From the human T2T-CHM13v2.0 reference genome, Homo sapiens, in NCBI RefSeq assembly GCF_009914755.1, contig NC_060928.1: 64,000 nt of DNA, one strand, 5' to 3'. The translations under genes and the position numbers were made by a program. Shown piece by piece: positions 13,944-28,058 of this stretch. Positions within the stretch are counted from its first letter, which is position 1, and each line of letters begins with the position of its first letter. The notes beneath the pieces are model-generated. The model did no database searches, was not told where the DNA came from, and worked only from the letters and a program-made list of their open reading frames with translations.

Positions 13944-14251
13944 GGGGCAGGCAGTGACTCATGCTTGTAACCCCAGCACTTTAGGAGGCAGAGATGGGAG
14001 GATTTCTTGAGCCCAGGAGTTAGAGATTAGCCTACACAACATAGCAAAACGCTGTCTCTACAAAAAAAAAAAAAAAAAAAAAATTATCCAGGTGTGGTAG
14101 CATATGCCTGTAGTCCCAGCTACTAGGGAGGCTGAGGTGGGAGGATCAGTTGGGCCCAGGAAGCAGAGGCTACAGCGAGCCAAGATCACACCACTGCACT
14201 CCAGCCTGGGTGACAGAGTGAGACCCTGTCTCAAAAAAGGAAAAAAAAAAA
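13944..14251 (+). mobile_element. AluJ inserted in an L2 remnant
   Basis: Dimeric Alu with J-type motifs (cttgagcccaggagtt, gaggtgggaggatc), expanded middle A-tract and A tail. Confidence 0.92.
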
Positions 14252-15100
14252 TAGATGCAAGAGTGTAGTAGATTGGGTGGTGGGTTATTAAAGAACTGCT
14301 TTTTATTGCCTTCTACTTTTTCTGGAAACAAAGATGTGAGAGGACCTAAGGATACATCCTCCCCTCACCCATTTTCTACTACTCAGCTTTGATGCCAGTA
14401 AATCGAGTACTAAATTCCAAAGAAATGGATAAGCAAGAAAATCTCAATACTGCCATGTAGATAGTTATTCCACCAGATCTAAGTCACAGTTGCCTGACAG
14501 TTCTATATAGCAGAGTCTTCAAGGGCAGGCCAGATATGGCTTTGCTTTAGTGGCTCTATTTGACTGTACAGAAGTCTTCAGGAAGATAGGATATAAGGGG
14601 AAAATAAAGCAGTAAAACTGTGCAGCTCAGAGTGCCATTGAGCAAAAGAATTGTGACTTGTCTGCTTTTGCATATTAAAACATTAATCTCCCCATAGGAG
14701 AGAAGATCTGGTAATTTCTCTGCAAATGTCTTCTACAAGGATTCACAAGGGTAAAGAAAGATTCCTCACTATCCATTAATTTAAAGAACATGGTACCTAC
14801 AGATTCTCTTGTGTTTTCAATGAATTATGATTAGGCTAAAAACACAAATTCCTCTCATATTTTTCAAAAAGCATTTTTTCCTCTTCCCAAGATTAAGCCT
14901 TTATGTTGAATAATCTGCAAACAAACTTCACCTCACACATCAGCAAATATATCTGCAATGTTCATGCAATGTTAGTTCACAACAGTCCTCCATTAAGAGA
15001 TAGAAGATGCTTCATAGAAAGAGATTTAATCCATGGTTATTTTAATGAAGAATTATCACCCAAGGTGTACTTATTTTTTTCCTATATATATTGTTCTTAC

Positions 15101-15196
15101 AGTATGTATAAATTCCCATGGTATCTGCACTGTAAGTAGCTATGGTACAAATAAACCTTAGCAGCATTAGCACCATCCAGCGTAAACAAACCCTTC
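15101..15196 (-). other. Candidate exon of the minus-strand gene (96 nt)
   Basis: Acceptor tattttatttttag|GAA, donor ACT|gtaaga; unique sequence; two open frames. Confidence 0.45.
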
Positions 15197-16843
15197 CTAA
15201 AAATAAAATATATTTTGTGCTCAAGACATATCTTCTAAGACAGCAGGAGGGAAAAACAATCCAGCATGTACAGTGGTTTTTCTACATTTAGCTGCCAATT
15301 TCTACGGATGGCTTTAACCAGTGGATTTGATGGAGGTTGACATTTATTTCTGCTTATGTGGAATGTGCCGAGTAGATAATTCAGTGATGAGTAAAATTTT
15401 TAAGTGTGCCCGACGCACATAAAATGACCGTGTAAATGAAGCATATTGGGTTCCAAAGCTCTCATGAAAAGCAACAGATGTTTCCTTCCAACTATAATGT
15501 GTTTTAGACCATGAAAAAAAAATTGGCTAGAATGTTCAAAATGCATGATTAAAGATTTCCAATTCCTGGGCAATTTTATGATGATTGTCATCATAGGATC
15601 TTCAGACAGCATGTATATGTTCAATAGATTGATCCAGTCAGAGCTAAATAACCATTTTCCAATTTAAAGAGGAGACAAATGGCAAAGCAAAGGATCCTAC
15701 AGATACATAAATTGCTTTTAGCCTTTCTGAACTGGAAGTCACCTTCAACTTCATAACCACAAGGGAGAAAAGTCCACCTGGCCCCGGCCAACGCAGTGGT
15801 AAGCCACTCCCAAAGGGCATTTTCTTTCCCATCAATTGAAGCTCAAGTGAAGAACACCCAGTATATGAATTTAAACTGCTTTAGGCAGATCAGGGTAACA
15901 ATATTTGTTTAAATTTAATTTAATTGCTTTTAGACAGCTCATGTCTATTCACATATCACAGTCTCTACTCCCCCCCCGCATTGTCTTATACCTAATCCAT
16001 TTCACACACACACACAAATAATTTTTACTGGATTTTTAAATTTCACAAAAGAATGTCAAGTCTACCAATCATTTTTAAGTCAAGTTTTAGGTCTTAAGCA
16101 GCCATAAAGTGTATTAAAATAAAAACACTGTCAGAAAACATAACAGTGAAGTGTATGTTGCTTCCCTTTTGCTGAAGCCTTGTTTTACATGATAATACGC
16201 ACAAAGGATTGTTTGGGGAATATGTAATCCATTTGGTTTTTTTCTTGTTTGGAAGGTTTTTTTCTAGTTTTTTTTTTCTAGTTTGGAAGACTCAAGTTTT
16301 TTTAGGGACAGGCAAATAATATACACAAGTGAAGTGGGTCAGGTATATGACAATAGGGAATGGCGGAGACCATGACATGTGAATAGACATAGTTTGTTTA
16401 AAGACAGTTAAGTTCAATTTAAAAAAACTTATGTTTTTGTCATCTAGAAGCTCTAGGTGGGTGCTACACATAATGCAGCAATTTTATTTATGATACCCAT
16501 AGAGTCAATTGAGTGTACTTGTAATTCAACATTTTAACAGGCAGCTAAATAAAAGTAAATATTCTTCTCTATTAAATATGCTCAGCCACCCACATCACCC
16601 AAGATGAATTTATATAGTTTCTCATAAATACAGGTAAAGCTGTAATTGCATCCTAAATGATCTTTGAGTATAGAATATAACAATAACAATCATATTAATA
16701 GCTGTTGATATTATTAATACTATAATTTTATATATTTATGTCATTTTTAGACAATCACACTAATTACTATTACAAATCTGTGAAATGGTTATTATCCTTA
16801 TACAATATATGGAGAAAAAAAAGACTCAGATAGAATACAATGA

Positions 16844-16930
16844 TTTTTTTTTTTAAAGACAGGGTATTGCTATGTTATCCAGGCTGGACTCAAACTTCTG
16901 GGCTCAAGCGAACCTCCCACCTCAGCCAGC
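16844..16930 (-). mobile_element. Alu monomer fragment (FLAM-like)
   Basis: T-tract followed by gacagggtattgctatgttatccaggctggactcaaacttctgggctcaagcg. Confidence 0.8.
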
Positions 16931-19615
16931 ACCAGGTCTTTTTAATAAATGCAAGTTTGTTCAGTTGCATTCTAGCAACTGTTTCTAATGCTAGAATGTG
17001 CAAAGCCAAAATCAAAAGCATGCATGTGAACAAAACTGCCATTCCTATTTAGATGAGCCCAAAGCTCTTCTATCCCAGGCCTCACCTCAATAGCGCACCC
17101 AGACTATCTGGTGGGAAATTTATAACACCAAATAATTGCTCAAATAATTGCTACCTTTTTATCCAAAATCATGGGAATCTGGGTAGTGATTTTTGAATGT
17201 CCCAATATATTTTTCTACCTAAAGCACCTCAGATTTTGTACTAGTTAGTATTCATATTATCAAATTTAATTTTAAAGGCATGCTAACATGTAGCCAAGCT
17301 CCAAAATATATATTTTACATTATTATTGAACTGCTGTAAAAACTCGATATTTTTATGTGGTTTTACTGTAAGCCATCTCAAATCATTTTTGGAAGTATGC
17401 AGGGAATAAATTATGAATAAATAAGGATAAGCACATAAATAAGAAATACCCAGTTTCTGCCAGCAAAGGACAATGAATCCAGATTTTGTAACATCTCTGA
17501 GGTGATTATTATTCGTAGGATGTTCAGGTAACACTCAAATACCAAAACCTGTCACTCCTTTCTACTAACTACAACAGACTTTTTAAAAACTGCTACCTGT
17601 TGCTCTCCCTATACTTTTTTGTTTGTGGAGACAAAGTGGCCACCATTCCATTTGCTTGGGTACCTCCTGGTGCTGGCACTGAAACTCCTCAGTCTCAACC
17701 AAATCAAGATGCTGGTCATCCTAAAATGGAGCATGGGAATAGTAAAACTAGAGGTCCTTGAGGGTACCTTCTTGAACTAAGACTGTATTTTCCATAAAAT
17801 CTTCTCATTTTTTATTATAATTAATGTTTTTGTAGACCAATGTGTTGGAAACAGAAAATACATGTCTGTGTAAGTTAGGGTCCCAAGTTAAATGTAGTAT
17901 GATTTAGAATCCCATTGCAATGTTTTTGTTCTGCAGTATCTACATTGATCTCTTTTTCTCTCACATGCACTCTTTATCAGTACCACATCGCCTAAGAGAT
18001 TCTGACAAGAAAATTTAAATAAGTGGGAGAAAAACTCCCTTGAGGTTTTGAGGGGCTTTTCATCACTGCTAGGGCATTGTTCTTGTTGCTTCAAACACTC
18101 AACCCAAAAGAAACATGTAAACTGAAGCATGGAAATTCGAGAATCTTAACAAAAGGAAATTATAAGCTCTTCACCTGTTTTCATTTGTTGCTGAGCTCAA
18201 TTATCTAGCCTATGAAAAGGAAAGTGGATGTTAGTAGTAGAATCTGACTTGGTAACCCACCCATGTGGAATCCCCTGAAGTTTTAGGCAGAAAGGTAAAT
18301 ATGGTCCTTCCACATTCCCAAAGCTTATAGCTCGCATATAATTTAGACACACAATTCCCACCACACAGAAGAACTGCCCTTGGAAACAACACAGCTGGAA
18401 TTGAGGAGTAGATAAGTAGGCCTGAAGATGCCTCCACACAATATTTATCCATCTTATCTATATGCAGCTTCCTGAGACAGCACTAGGAGATGTAGGGCCC
18501 ACTAGCCTGAGATAAATAAGTCTCAGCTTCAGGATAAACCACAGGGCTCTTGTTAACAAAAGGAAGGCTTTCTCTCCTGCGTGATTTTAATAAGTAAATT
18601 TGTTCGTATACCAAGGTCACAGAAAGAGAACTATAGTATATAGTTATGCAGCATTTAAGAAATACATAAACAGCTTATACGTATGAAAAAAATTCTGGAC
18701 TATTTTCATTTTAAAAAATGTCTATAACTAGAATATAGACCCAAATACATGAACTAGAGTTTCAGGCTAGATATCCAACTTTGCCACTCTATTGTAATGG
18801 GCCAAAAGTCTATTATTTTAGGGATAATTTTGTCAGATTTGAAATGGAAACAAAATATCACACTGAGCAATGTTTGCTGCATTGTGTTTGGTTGTTATAC
18901 AAAGTAATAGATAATTTTGGATAATGTTATGACACCTGAGTGAGCTGTTTAAGAAATTAACTATTATTCGTACTCATTCTTTAAACATTTATACTGAGTA
19001 TATCTTCTTAGGTTAATGTAAATAAAATAATTTAAGAGCAGAGTTGTGGCCTAGAAATTGCAAAGAAACATTTTCAAGCTTCATGTTTCCCTTCCTGGAG
19101 GACCATGAGACACCATTAGGCCAAACGTGAACATGAATGATTGAAGCTAACGGGGTGCTATGGGGCATAGGGTATGGTGCGTAATTCTTTAGTCTTTTTG
19201 AAGAGTGAAGCATGAAAAAAGAAAATGTTTGGGCAAAATCACTGATGTCTAGCATGAGTCCTTGCATATGGCATGAAAAGTCCCCAAAAATCAAATCTTT
19301 AGTGAGAGATACCACAGGTTACTGGATAATAAGACTAAATTTTGAAATCTAATTCTCCTCAATTCCATTTATTCACTCAATGAAACTTCAATTGAAATCT
19401 AAAAATATTTTGGCACAGCTTTACAACATTATTCTAAAATTAGTTTGGAAGAAATATCAGTGAGAATGTCTTAAAAGGGGCACACAAACACACACACACA
19501 TCAGAGAAAATCAAGAAGAAGAAGGTATCAATCCTATCAGATATTAAGGAAATAGCAATGACATTTAAGCTTGTTTGATATAATTAAATCAATGTACCAG
19601 AACCAGAAATCTAGG

Positions 19616-19656
19616 TGAGAGTGTGTGAGTGTGTGTGTGCGCGCGTGTGTGTATAC
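19616..19656. repeat. (GT)n/(GC)n alternating purine-pyrimidine tract
   Basis: gtgtgtgagtgtgtgtgtgcgcgcgtgtgtgtatac; a (CA)n tract follows at 19931-19957. Confidence 0.9.
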
Positions 19657-20024
19657 CTCTAGAAAAATAAAATGTAATATGAGGTAATAGAAGCACAAAC
19701 AAGTGGGAAATAGAGGAATTATTTAAAAACTGCTGTTGGAAAAACGCTTAACTATTTTTAAGAAGAAAATCAATTTAATCCTTATCTCACATCATATAAC
19801 AACAACAAAAAAAGTGTTGGATAGACTAGAGAGGAAAAAAATTATTAAAGAATTAGATATAAATTTTTCTAGGAGAAAAACAATTTAGGTAAATTTAAAC
19901 CTAATTTAGGTAAATGAAAAAGTACTGTCTACACACACACACACACACACACACACAAGAAATACGACATTCAACTTATCCATAAACACATTTTCAACTT
20001 TTGTATGTTAAAAAATATATATTA

Positions 20025-20400
<376 letters not shown>

Positions 20401-20849
20401 GGAAAACCAAGGTCTCAATATGCAAACAGGTTAAAGATATGAATTAGCACTACAAAATGAAGTACAAATAAAAATACACATTTCAAAAATGTTCAATCTC
20501 AAACAATAGTAGAAGAATATAGTACTTTTTTTATTTGTATAAATTTAGGGAGTACAAATACAGTCTTGTTACATGGATATATTGCATAGTACTTTAAAGC
20601 CTAGACTTCTGAGTAAAATCAATCTTGGTCCAAGACCCAATTCTACCACTTACCTGCTGTGTGATCTTGGGTAAGTCACTTAACCTCTCAAAAAATAAGT
20701 TTTCGAACATTTAAAATAGGAATGAAAATATTGTCCTCCCTTTATGTTGTTGCAAAGAGTAAATGAGATAATATAAAGGTTTTGCATGGTAAATTGTCTA
20801 TAAGAAGGGCTCAATAAATTTTAGCTTTTGTTGTTGTTGTTACAATCAC

Positions 20850-21600
20850 ATTCACCTTTCCAATTAACAAACTTTAAAAAAAATCCCTCAATACTGGTGA
20901 GGATGGCAAAATGATTTATATCTTCCAGAAAGAATGAAATGAGTGCAAGCTTTCTGGAAAGCAATTTGGTAATATGTATAAGGCACTTTTAAAAGGTTCA
21001 TACCCTTTATCCAGCATATCACATTTAGGAATCACTCCTAAGAAAAATAATGAGAAAAATAGACAAGGAATATAAAAAAATGAGATCATACAGAAAATAT
21101 CCATCACAGTGTGATAGCAAAAACATTACCAATAATCTTAAGGTCTAAGTTGAGAGGGAAGGCTAAACAATTGATAATAATTCATAGGCCTATTAAAGAG
21201 CAATGAAAAGCTAGACAAGTGCTTACAGCCATGGGAAAGTGGTGTTTTTTTTTTTTTAAGTATTTATTGCTGTGAACCAGAACAGAGCTTATCACAGTAG
21301 CTGGCAAATAGTAAGACTCAATCAATAATTCAATTGAATTGAACTATAGAATTCTAAGCGACAAAAAGCAGGCATTCATTTTTCACACACATACACACAC
21401 ACACATATCTAAACTTATATGAAAGAATCACACAAACTCTAGAAGTAAATATGATATAATTCTAACAATATTGTCTTTTGATGATTTTTTTCTGACTCTT
21501 TGGGCTTTTCTCTACTTCCCATTTTTTTTTCAATGGAGACTTCGTACATTTATAATCAGAAAAATAGAGAGTAGGAAAAAAAAAGAAAGAAATCCTAGAA
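20850..21600 (+). mobile_element. Ancient L1ME-type 3' remnant
   Basis: ctttctggaaagcaatttggtaatatgta...tcataccctttatccagc...tttaggaatc. Confidence 0.6.
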
Positions 21601-22385
21601 ATTGAGTAGAAGCCAGCTGTATCAATTATTTCTCATTACACTAATCTGAGTGTATACTCTTCTTTACTCCTACCCAAAATATAAAATAGGAAAAAGGATA
21701 TGAATAGCATGAATAAATTGGGAGGCAGTCTTTAAAACATACCGTATGAAAAAAATATTGCAGTAAATTTCAAAAAAAGTCAAAAAAGTATGTATCTAAT
21801 ATTAAGAAAATTATACATATGCTTTGCTCCCTATATAACTTGCAAGTATAAAAGACACACCATGGCATAAACCCTTTAGGTACAAATTACACATTGTTTT
21901 ACAATGGAATTATATTTGCTTTTAGATACTCAATGTCACAAAGATTCATACATAGTGGTTATCATCAAGTTTTTAAAATCTGAAAAAATTCTATTCATTT
22001 AAAACTTCAACTCTATATGAAATCCAAAAGGTGTATTTCAGGAGATCAATGACATTCTCCAAGGGGAAAACCAAACAATTTCTCAGATTCCCCAGTTCTC
22101 AAACACACTCACCACAGACTGCCCTAGAAAGTGACAGAATATGTCAACCAGTGCTTCAAGTTACATGAGGGTGTGGCTGCCAGGCCACTGGCTGGACTCA
22201 CTCACTGAAAGTTCAGTCTCCAAAAGGATGTGACTTAAATTCACACCTCAGTAAAATTATAGCTTACTATATGTCATGTACCTTTAAAGATGGATGGTAA
22301 AACCTTGACTCATGAAAAGCTAAGTTGTTGTATTCCATGGGTCTGCTATATCTACAATGTCTGCCGCTTATAAAAGTAAAACTTT

Positions 22386-22664
22386 GGCTGGGTCTGGTAG
22401 GCTCATGCCTGTAGTCCCATCACTTTTGGAGGCTAAGGCGGGTGGATAACCTGAGGTCAGGAGTTCGAGACCAGCCTGGCCAACATAGTAAAACCTCATC
22501 TCTACTAAAAATACAAAAATTAGCCTGGCATGGTAGTGTGCGCCTGTAATCCCAGCTACCCAGGAGGCTGAGGCAGGAGAATCACTGGAACCCGGGAGGC
22601 AGAGGCTGCACTCCAGCCTGAGCGACAGAGCAAGACTCCATCTCAACAACAACAACAAAAAAAA
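22386..22664 (+). mobile_element. AluS with a 24-bp right-arm deletion
   Basis: Alu dimer; gaggctgca|ctccagcc lacks consensus gtgagccgagatcgcgccactgca; (CAA)n tail. Confidence 0.93.
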
Positions 22665-23107
22665 TGACATAGGACATAAACTGAAGTCTATACCTCAATC
22701 ATGTAACAAGTTCAAGTACTTAATTTACCTAATGCCAAGAGTTTGGACTTTTAAAGTAAAATATGTAGTGTTTTTACTATAGTAATTATTTTTTAAATTT
22801 TCCTTTGTATGATAAAAATATTTGTAAATAACTGCTTTGTAAGTGTATTTCTTTTGATGTAACTTCTAAGGTTTGCTTCCAAAAACTCCTAAGAGGGAAA
22901 ATGTGAGTGGGACTGTAAATGAAATGAGAATGGCCACAATTTGACAATTATTGAAACTGGCTGATGGGTATGTGGGAATGCATTGTACTACTCTTATTTT
23001 CTACCTTTGAAATGTTACATAATAAAAACCTTTTAAAAAAGGAAATGCATTTCTTAATTATGCCAATTTGGGTTCATTAACTTAATTTCTTTGTTCTCCA
23101 TTCTTAC

Positions 23108-23176
23108 AATAGCCACATCCAGTGAACATGGCTGAAATGTCCACCACATTGATCTTGAGGACATTCCAACCAGACA
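23108..23176 (-). other. Candidate exon of the minus-strand gene (69 nt)
   Basis: Acceptor tctctgtattgtttaag|TGT, donor ATT|gtaaga; all three frames open; splice sites only moderate. Confidence 0.3.
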
Positions 23177-23925
23177 CTTAAACAATACAGAGATCGCATT
23201 CTGATGCACAGATGACAGAATAAATTAATTGACTCAGCTATGTCCCATAATTTAATTATTCAGTCAAAGGCAAGGGTGTATATATCCAGCTTAACCAAGA
23301 AGAAATTGTAAAACAAGTTTCAGCTGTCATTGTAACCAATAAATTATAGTACTATATGGCTGATTCAATTTGGTCACTGGTGACCGGGTCATCACTATAA
23401 CAGAGGACATTAGGGGATCTGCTGAAGTGTCATTGAGGTAATTTGCACTTTTTTTGCATTCTTCCAAGGGCAATGCAACAGAAAAAAAATAATAGTTATA
23501 GTCTTTGACTCCTAGAAAAAAAGAATTTGCTCAGCAGATGCTGTGAGGGGATTAGGATTAAAAATGCAAATGGTTAATACAATATCTATTTTAGAATAAT
23601 CATAAGTTTTTTTCTATCATGTTCATTTAATTTTTTTTCCTTTCTCTTACCCAGACACAAACAGAATTTTAGCATATTTAATTTAATTCCTAACAGTTCC
23701 TCACATAAGCAGATCTCACATAAAAGCAGAGTGTGTTAAATATTACAATCAAATCTTTAAAGTATTACTCATAATAGATCTTCTGAATATACTACTAAGA
23801 ATTTAGGTGCCTGTTGACTTTAACTTTATTAACTCACTATGATGTAAATAAATTATGTTTAAAAGAAAAGTTTTAAAAAATGAATATATTGCACTTAAAA
23901 TGACTCAAGGTTTCTAAGCATTGCA

Positions 23926-23944
23926 CACTGCCACCTAGTGCTAA
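23926..23944 (-). promoter_or_regulatory. CTCF core motif
   Basis: Minus strand TTAGCACTAGGTGGCAGTG closely matches the CTCF core consensus; AP-1 TGACTCA at 23901. Confidence 0.65.
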
Positions 23945-25163
23945 ATGTCTCTTTAACACCAAATGCACAATGGATGTCTTCCACAAAGTGGAAATGCTAT
24001 ATTTTAAACAAAATTTATTCAGAACAACAGGTCTAAAATACTTTATTCATAATTCCTTCAAAATAAGAATGCTATTGGAGATAAATGCAATGACATATAC
24101 CATAAAATCACACCCATCTCAAATTAAAATTTAAAAGATCTGAATGGATTAGTTAATATAAAAAATTGCAAGTCTTGTTAATAAAGACATCCTCTTTTTA
24201 AAAACAAAGTGATTTACAGGTTTTGTTAAGGAAGACAAGAAATTTTTACTTTTTTAAAAAAAAGTGATTTTTAACTACTGCGCATCAATTATGCAGCTAT
24301 TCTCTTATGAATGTGATGTATGCTAATCTCTAAGTGGAATATGTGGTTATCTAGCAAGTTTCGCATAAGAAGATGTTGAAAAAGACATCATAGAGTGTTA
24401 ACTGATCACTAACAGTACTTTAAAGCTTCCTTGGAGATAACCATAATCTCCATGCACCTATAGGTTCTAACTTCAATTAAAGATCCCACTGGTTTTAGTC
24501 CTACTTTATTTTTTATTTTCCCAGCATTGAATAGTTTTTGTGTTTTGGTTGTTCTAATGGCAAGAGCTCATCTCTGATCTTTTGGCTAAGAAAGCAAAGC
24601 CCCATGAAAATGAATGAGAACCATTTTGAAAGAACTAAAGGAAAGATTGCTATTGATGGTCAGGGAGTATATTCTATTTAATTCATTGTATTCTAAAATG
24701 GTAGTCCCCAAGTCTGATCTACTTAATGCACTACAACTATCTATTCTAAGAACTAAGGTGAAAGGTGAAAGGCTCATATTTCTGTCAAATTTTTCATAGT
24801 AAAAAATATTAAGAGGATTCCTTGTAAATCATTGTTGCTTAACATTTAAAAACTCACACTCTCTTTTGAGAAACATAAAAATCTCGAAGTTCTCCTTCAA
24901 AGCTATTTAAAATATATAAATAAATGATCTATTATAAACAACTAGTAAATGAAAATTTTTAAAAATCATATTTTTCTTTTGATCTTGGAAGATGCTTTAC
25001 ATTGATGCTGTTACTCCAATCATTAGAAGTCAGCATGACAATTAAAGTTGTCTGTGTATCTCGCAAACTTTTCTATCCTTGTAAAACAACAAAGAAAAAC
25101 AATTGAGTAATTTCACCATTGTTTTTTGTATTGCTTTATTTTCATAACCAGAAGAGTATGTAA

Positions 25164-25226
25164 AGATAGATAGATAGACACAGATAGATAGATTGATAGA
25201 TAGATCGATAGACAGATAGATAGATA
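25164..25226. repeat. (GATA)n tetranucleotide microsatellite (interrupted)
   Basis: Read directly. Confidence 0.92.
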
Positions 25227-25724
25227 CAGGCTCTCCTTTTAAGGGAGGAGATGTTGCCTTCATTCCCTTGAATATTATTGATTTAGATAATTCCCAAAGA
25301 AATGTATAACCAAAACCACATGATTTGAAAAACTTCTCAAAATTTCCTTTAATCAGTTTAAACAAATTACTGCCAATTCTATTTCACTTAGTTCTTCATA
25401 GGGCTATTTAAAATCAGGACACCAAGTTGGCATGGCTGCCTAATACAGAAGATAGAATTTACTCAAAATACTGCAACTCAAGAAACTCAGTTTGAAATAT
25501 ATTATTTAAGGACATATACTGTATTGAAACCCAATTCACATCATGCTGGAATGACATCTATTATAATAGCTAATGTTTGGTGAAATTACACAGTCCATTG
25601 AAAAAAATCTAAAGTTCTGGCTCCTAGATATTCCATTGGCCTTATGGTATACCATTGATAGCAAGATACTTCCAAGAAATAAGAAATAAGATAGTGAGTA
25701 CAACTGTGCCTTATTTAAAAAACT

Positions 25725-26182
25725 ATTACATATATTATATTATAATATATACAATATCTATTATATATAATATATAATATATGATATATAAGATAGTTAT
25801 TGTATTATTATATGTATAATATATAATATATTTATATATAATAATCCTAACATAATATATTATGTTAATATATAACATAATATAATATTAATATATTAAT
25901 ATAATATATAATATATAAATATAATATATTAATATATTATAATATTAATATAATATATAATATATCTATAATAATCCTAACATAATATACTGATATATAA
26001 ATATATAATTATATATAAATATGTATGATATATATAAATTTATATATCATATATATCAAAATATATATAAATAATGATATATATAAATATATATGATTAT
26101 TATATATTTATATATAATAATATATATACTATATATAATATACTGGATATATATAAATATACATATATAAATTATATATAAT
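25725..26182. repeat. AT-rich (TA)n low-complexity tract, ~450 bp
   Basis: Almost pure A/T; ataatcctaacataatata repeated at 25841 and 25971. Confidence 0.92.
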
Positions 26183-26337
26183 GTAGTCCATAAAATTTCC
26201 TAAACATTTTAAATGTTTCTTTTAATCTACAAGGTAGTGAAAATATATTTAAAAAAATAAACTAACACAGTTTGATTCAAGTGACCATTGTGCCTGAGAC
26301 TGAAAGAGTAATTAAAATTTTTGCACATATCTTAATG

Positions 26338-26378
26338 TCTTTTCTAGGTATATACTGATCTTTTCTAGGTATATACTG
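26338..26378. repeat. Perfect 20-bp tandem duplication
   Basis: tcttttctaggtatatactg-a-tcttttctaggtatatactg. Confidence 0.95.
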
Positions 26379-26942
26379 CTCTAAAGTTTTAGAACACAAA
26401 GACTACATGTATCTTGCACAACAAAATTCAATCATAGCATCATCACTTGGATTCATCTAAAAATAAATGTTTAAACTAAAATTATTTAATAATCTCATTT
26501 CTGAAGCCTAAATATTATAGTATATATGATTAGAGTATGCTCTAAAGAGCTCTCTAATCAAAGGTTTCTAGCTCAACATTTTTTAAAAGTATTAACAAAG
26601 TGGCCTATGGAAAAGATTCCTTAAGGCTTTAGAAAGATATACAGGACATGTTGAAAAACTAAGGTACATAATACAGAAGAGACTCACACAGCTTTCACCT
26701 GAACATTTAACTTGAGATTATTTAAAACAGGGCATTTCTATCTATTAAAATCCCCATAGTTGTGAAAGACAAAAATTTATTTTGTACAGATTAGGTATGA
26801 TATTTGTATATCTAATATTAGTACTACTGGGCATCACTCAGTATGAAATAAGAAAATGTAATAGATATTCAGTAAGCATTTTACTCACTAATTATGATTC
26901 CATAATTTCTTAACTTTTTGTTCTCAGATGTCAAATACTTAC

Positions 26943-27200
26943 CTAGAAACTGCCACTCATTTGGTTGCTATGAGTTTTAAGATCAGTTAGCAGGTTTTTT
27001 TTCTGTCTTTCAGAGAATTGTCATCTTGGGTTCTCCCTCAAGGTAGTGAAAGTTAACTTTGTTACCCATCTGGGGATTTATAGTACTTATACTAGAAGAT
27101 GCTCCAAGGTTTCAGAAAGGAATTAATTACTTTCAATTTGCACAATTTAGAACAAATATCTGGCTTTTCCCTAAGCTTAATGATTTTCCATTTCACACAA
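26943..27200 (-). other. Candidate non-coding exon of the minus-strand gene
   Basis: Near-consensus donor TAG|gtaagt at 26942; acceptor tatattttag|TTG at 27201 less certain; stops in all frames. Confidence 0.4.
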
Positions 27201-27914
27201 CTAAAATATAATAGCATTATTTTATAATCAAGTTTAACTGATGGTCTATGATAGTAGAGCGATTTAGTATTTTGACAAAAATCTTATGAGACATGAAGTC
27301 ATTCAATTTGCAGCCCCAAACTGAAGCTCAAACACAACATTTTAAAAGTATTTTCTGCCTATACCTTTGACTGCATGCTACTTTAAATAGAGGGACAAGA
27401 CTAAATGGTCTATCTGGTTGTTCTTACACTTTATAAAGAGTCAAAAGCAAATTTGAGTTATAAATATGCACATCATAGTGATCATTATTTTATCACAAAT
27501 AAATATTGATTTGCTTAATCAAAGAGAATACTCTCCTAGAATAAGAGCAGTATTTCAATCTGCAAACATGTTTCTTAATGTCACTGAGCATTTAGCCTAT
27601 CTTCACACACACATTTCATAACCTTTCAAGGACAATCTTCTACATCACATTTTAAGGAAATACACTGAAAAAGCAATCCATTTTGCAATAGCATTTTACA
27701 TTACTACAAATTCACGAGGTTCAACCTTCAATGCCCATGTACCTTTCACAAAACTATTGATCATTTCCTATCAATGCTTTACAGGATTATATCACAAAGG
27801 AACACATAATGCATGTATGTGCATCAATGCGTAAAGGAGAGGATGCATTTCTGTGCATAGTATGTGAACTGACAATGCCCACTTGCCCAGTCCTTGCTTT
27901 ACTCAACTTCTTAC

Positions 27915-28058
27915 ACATCATCAGCCAGCTGCCCTGTTGATGATTCCTTGCACCTTATGCGCTGCTTTATCATTGAGTCAGATTACTACCATTTCTGGTC
28001 CAGAACTCATTAAGAAAAGTCCTTTTTCAAGCAAGGTCTTTGAAATGTAGTTGTACAC
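27915..28058 (-). other. Candidate exon 2 (144 nt) of the minus-strand gene
   Basis: Acceptor gttcttttatag|GTG, donor TGT|gtaaga; stops in all frames in its 5' part, so UTR or first coding exon. Confidence 0.5.
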
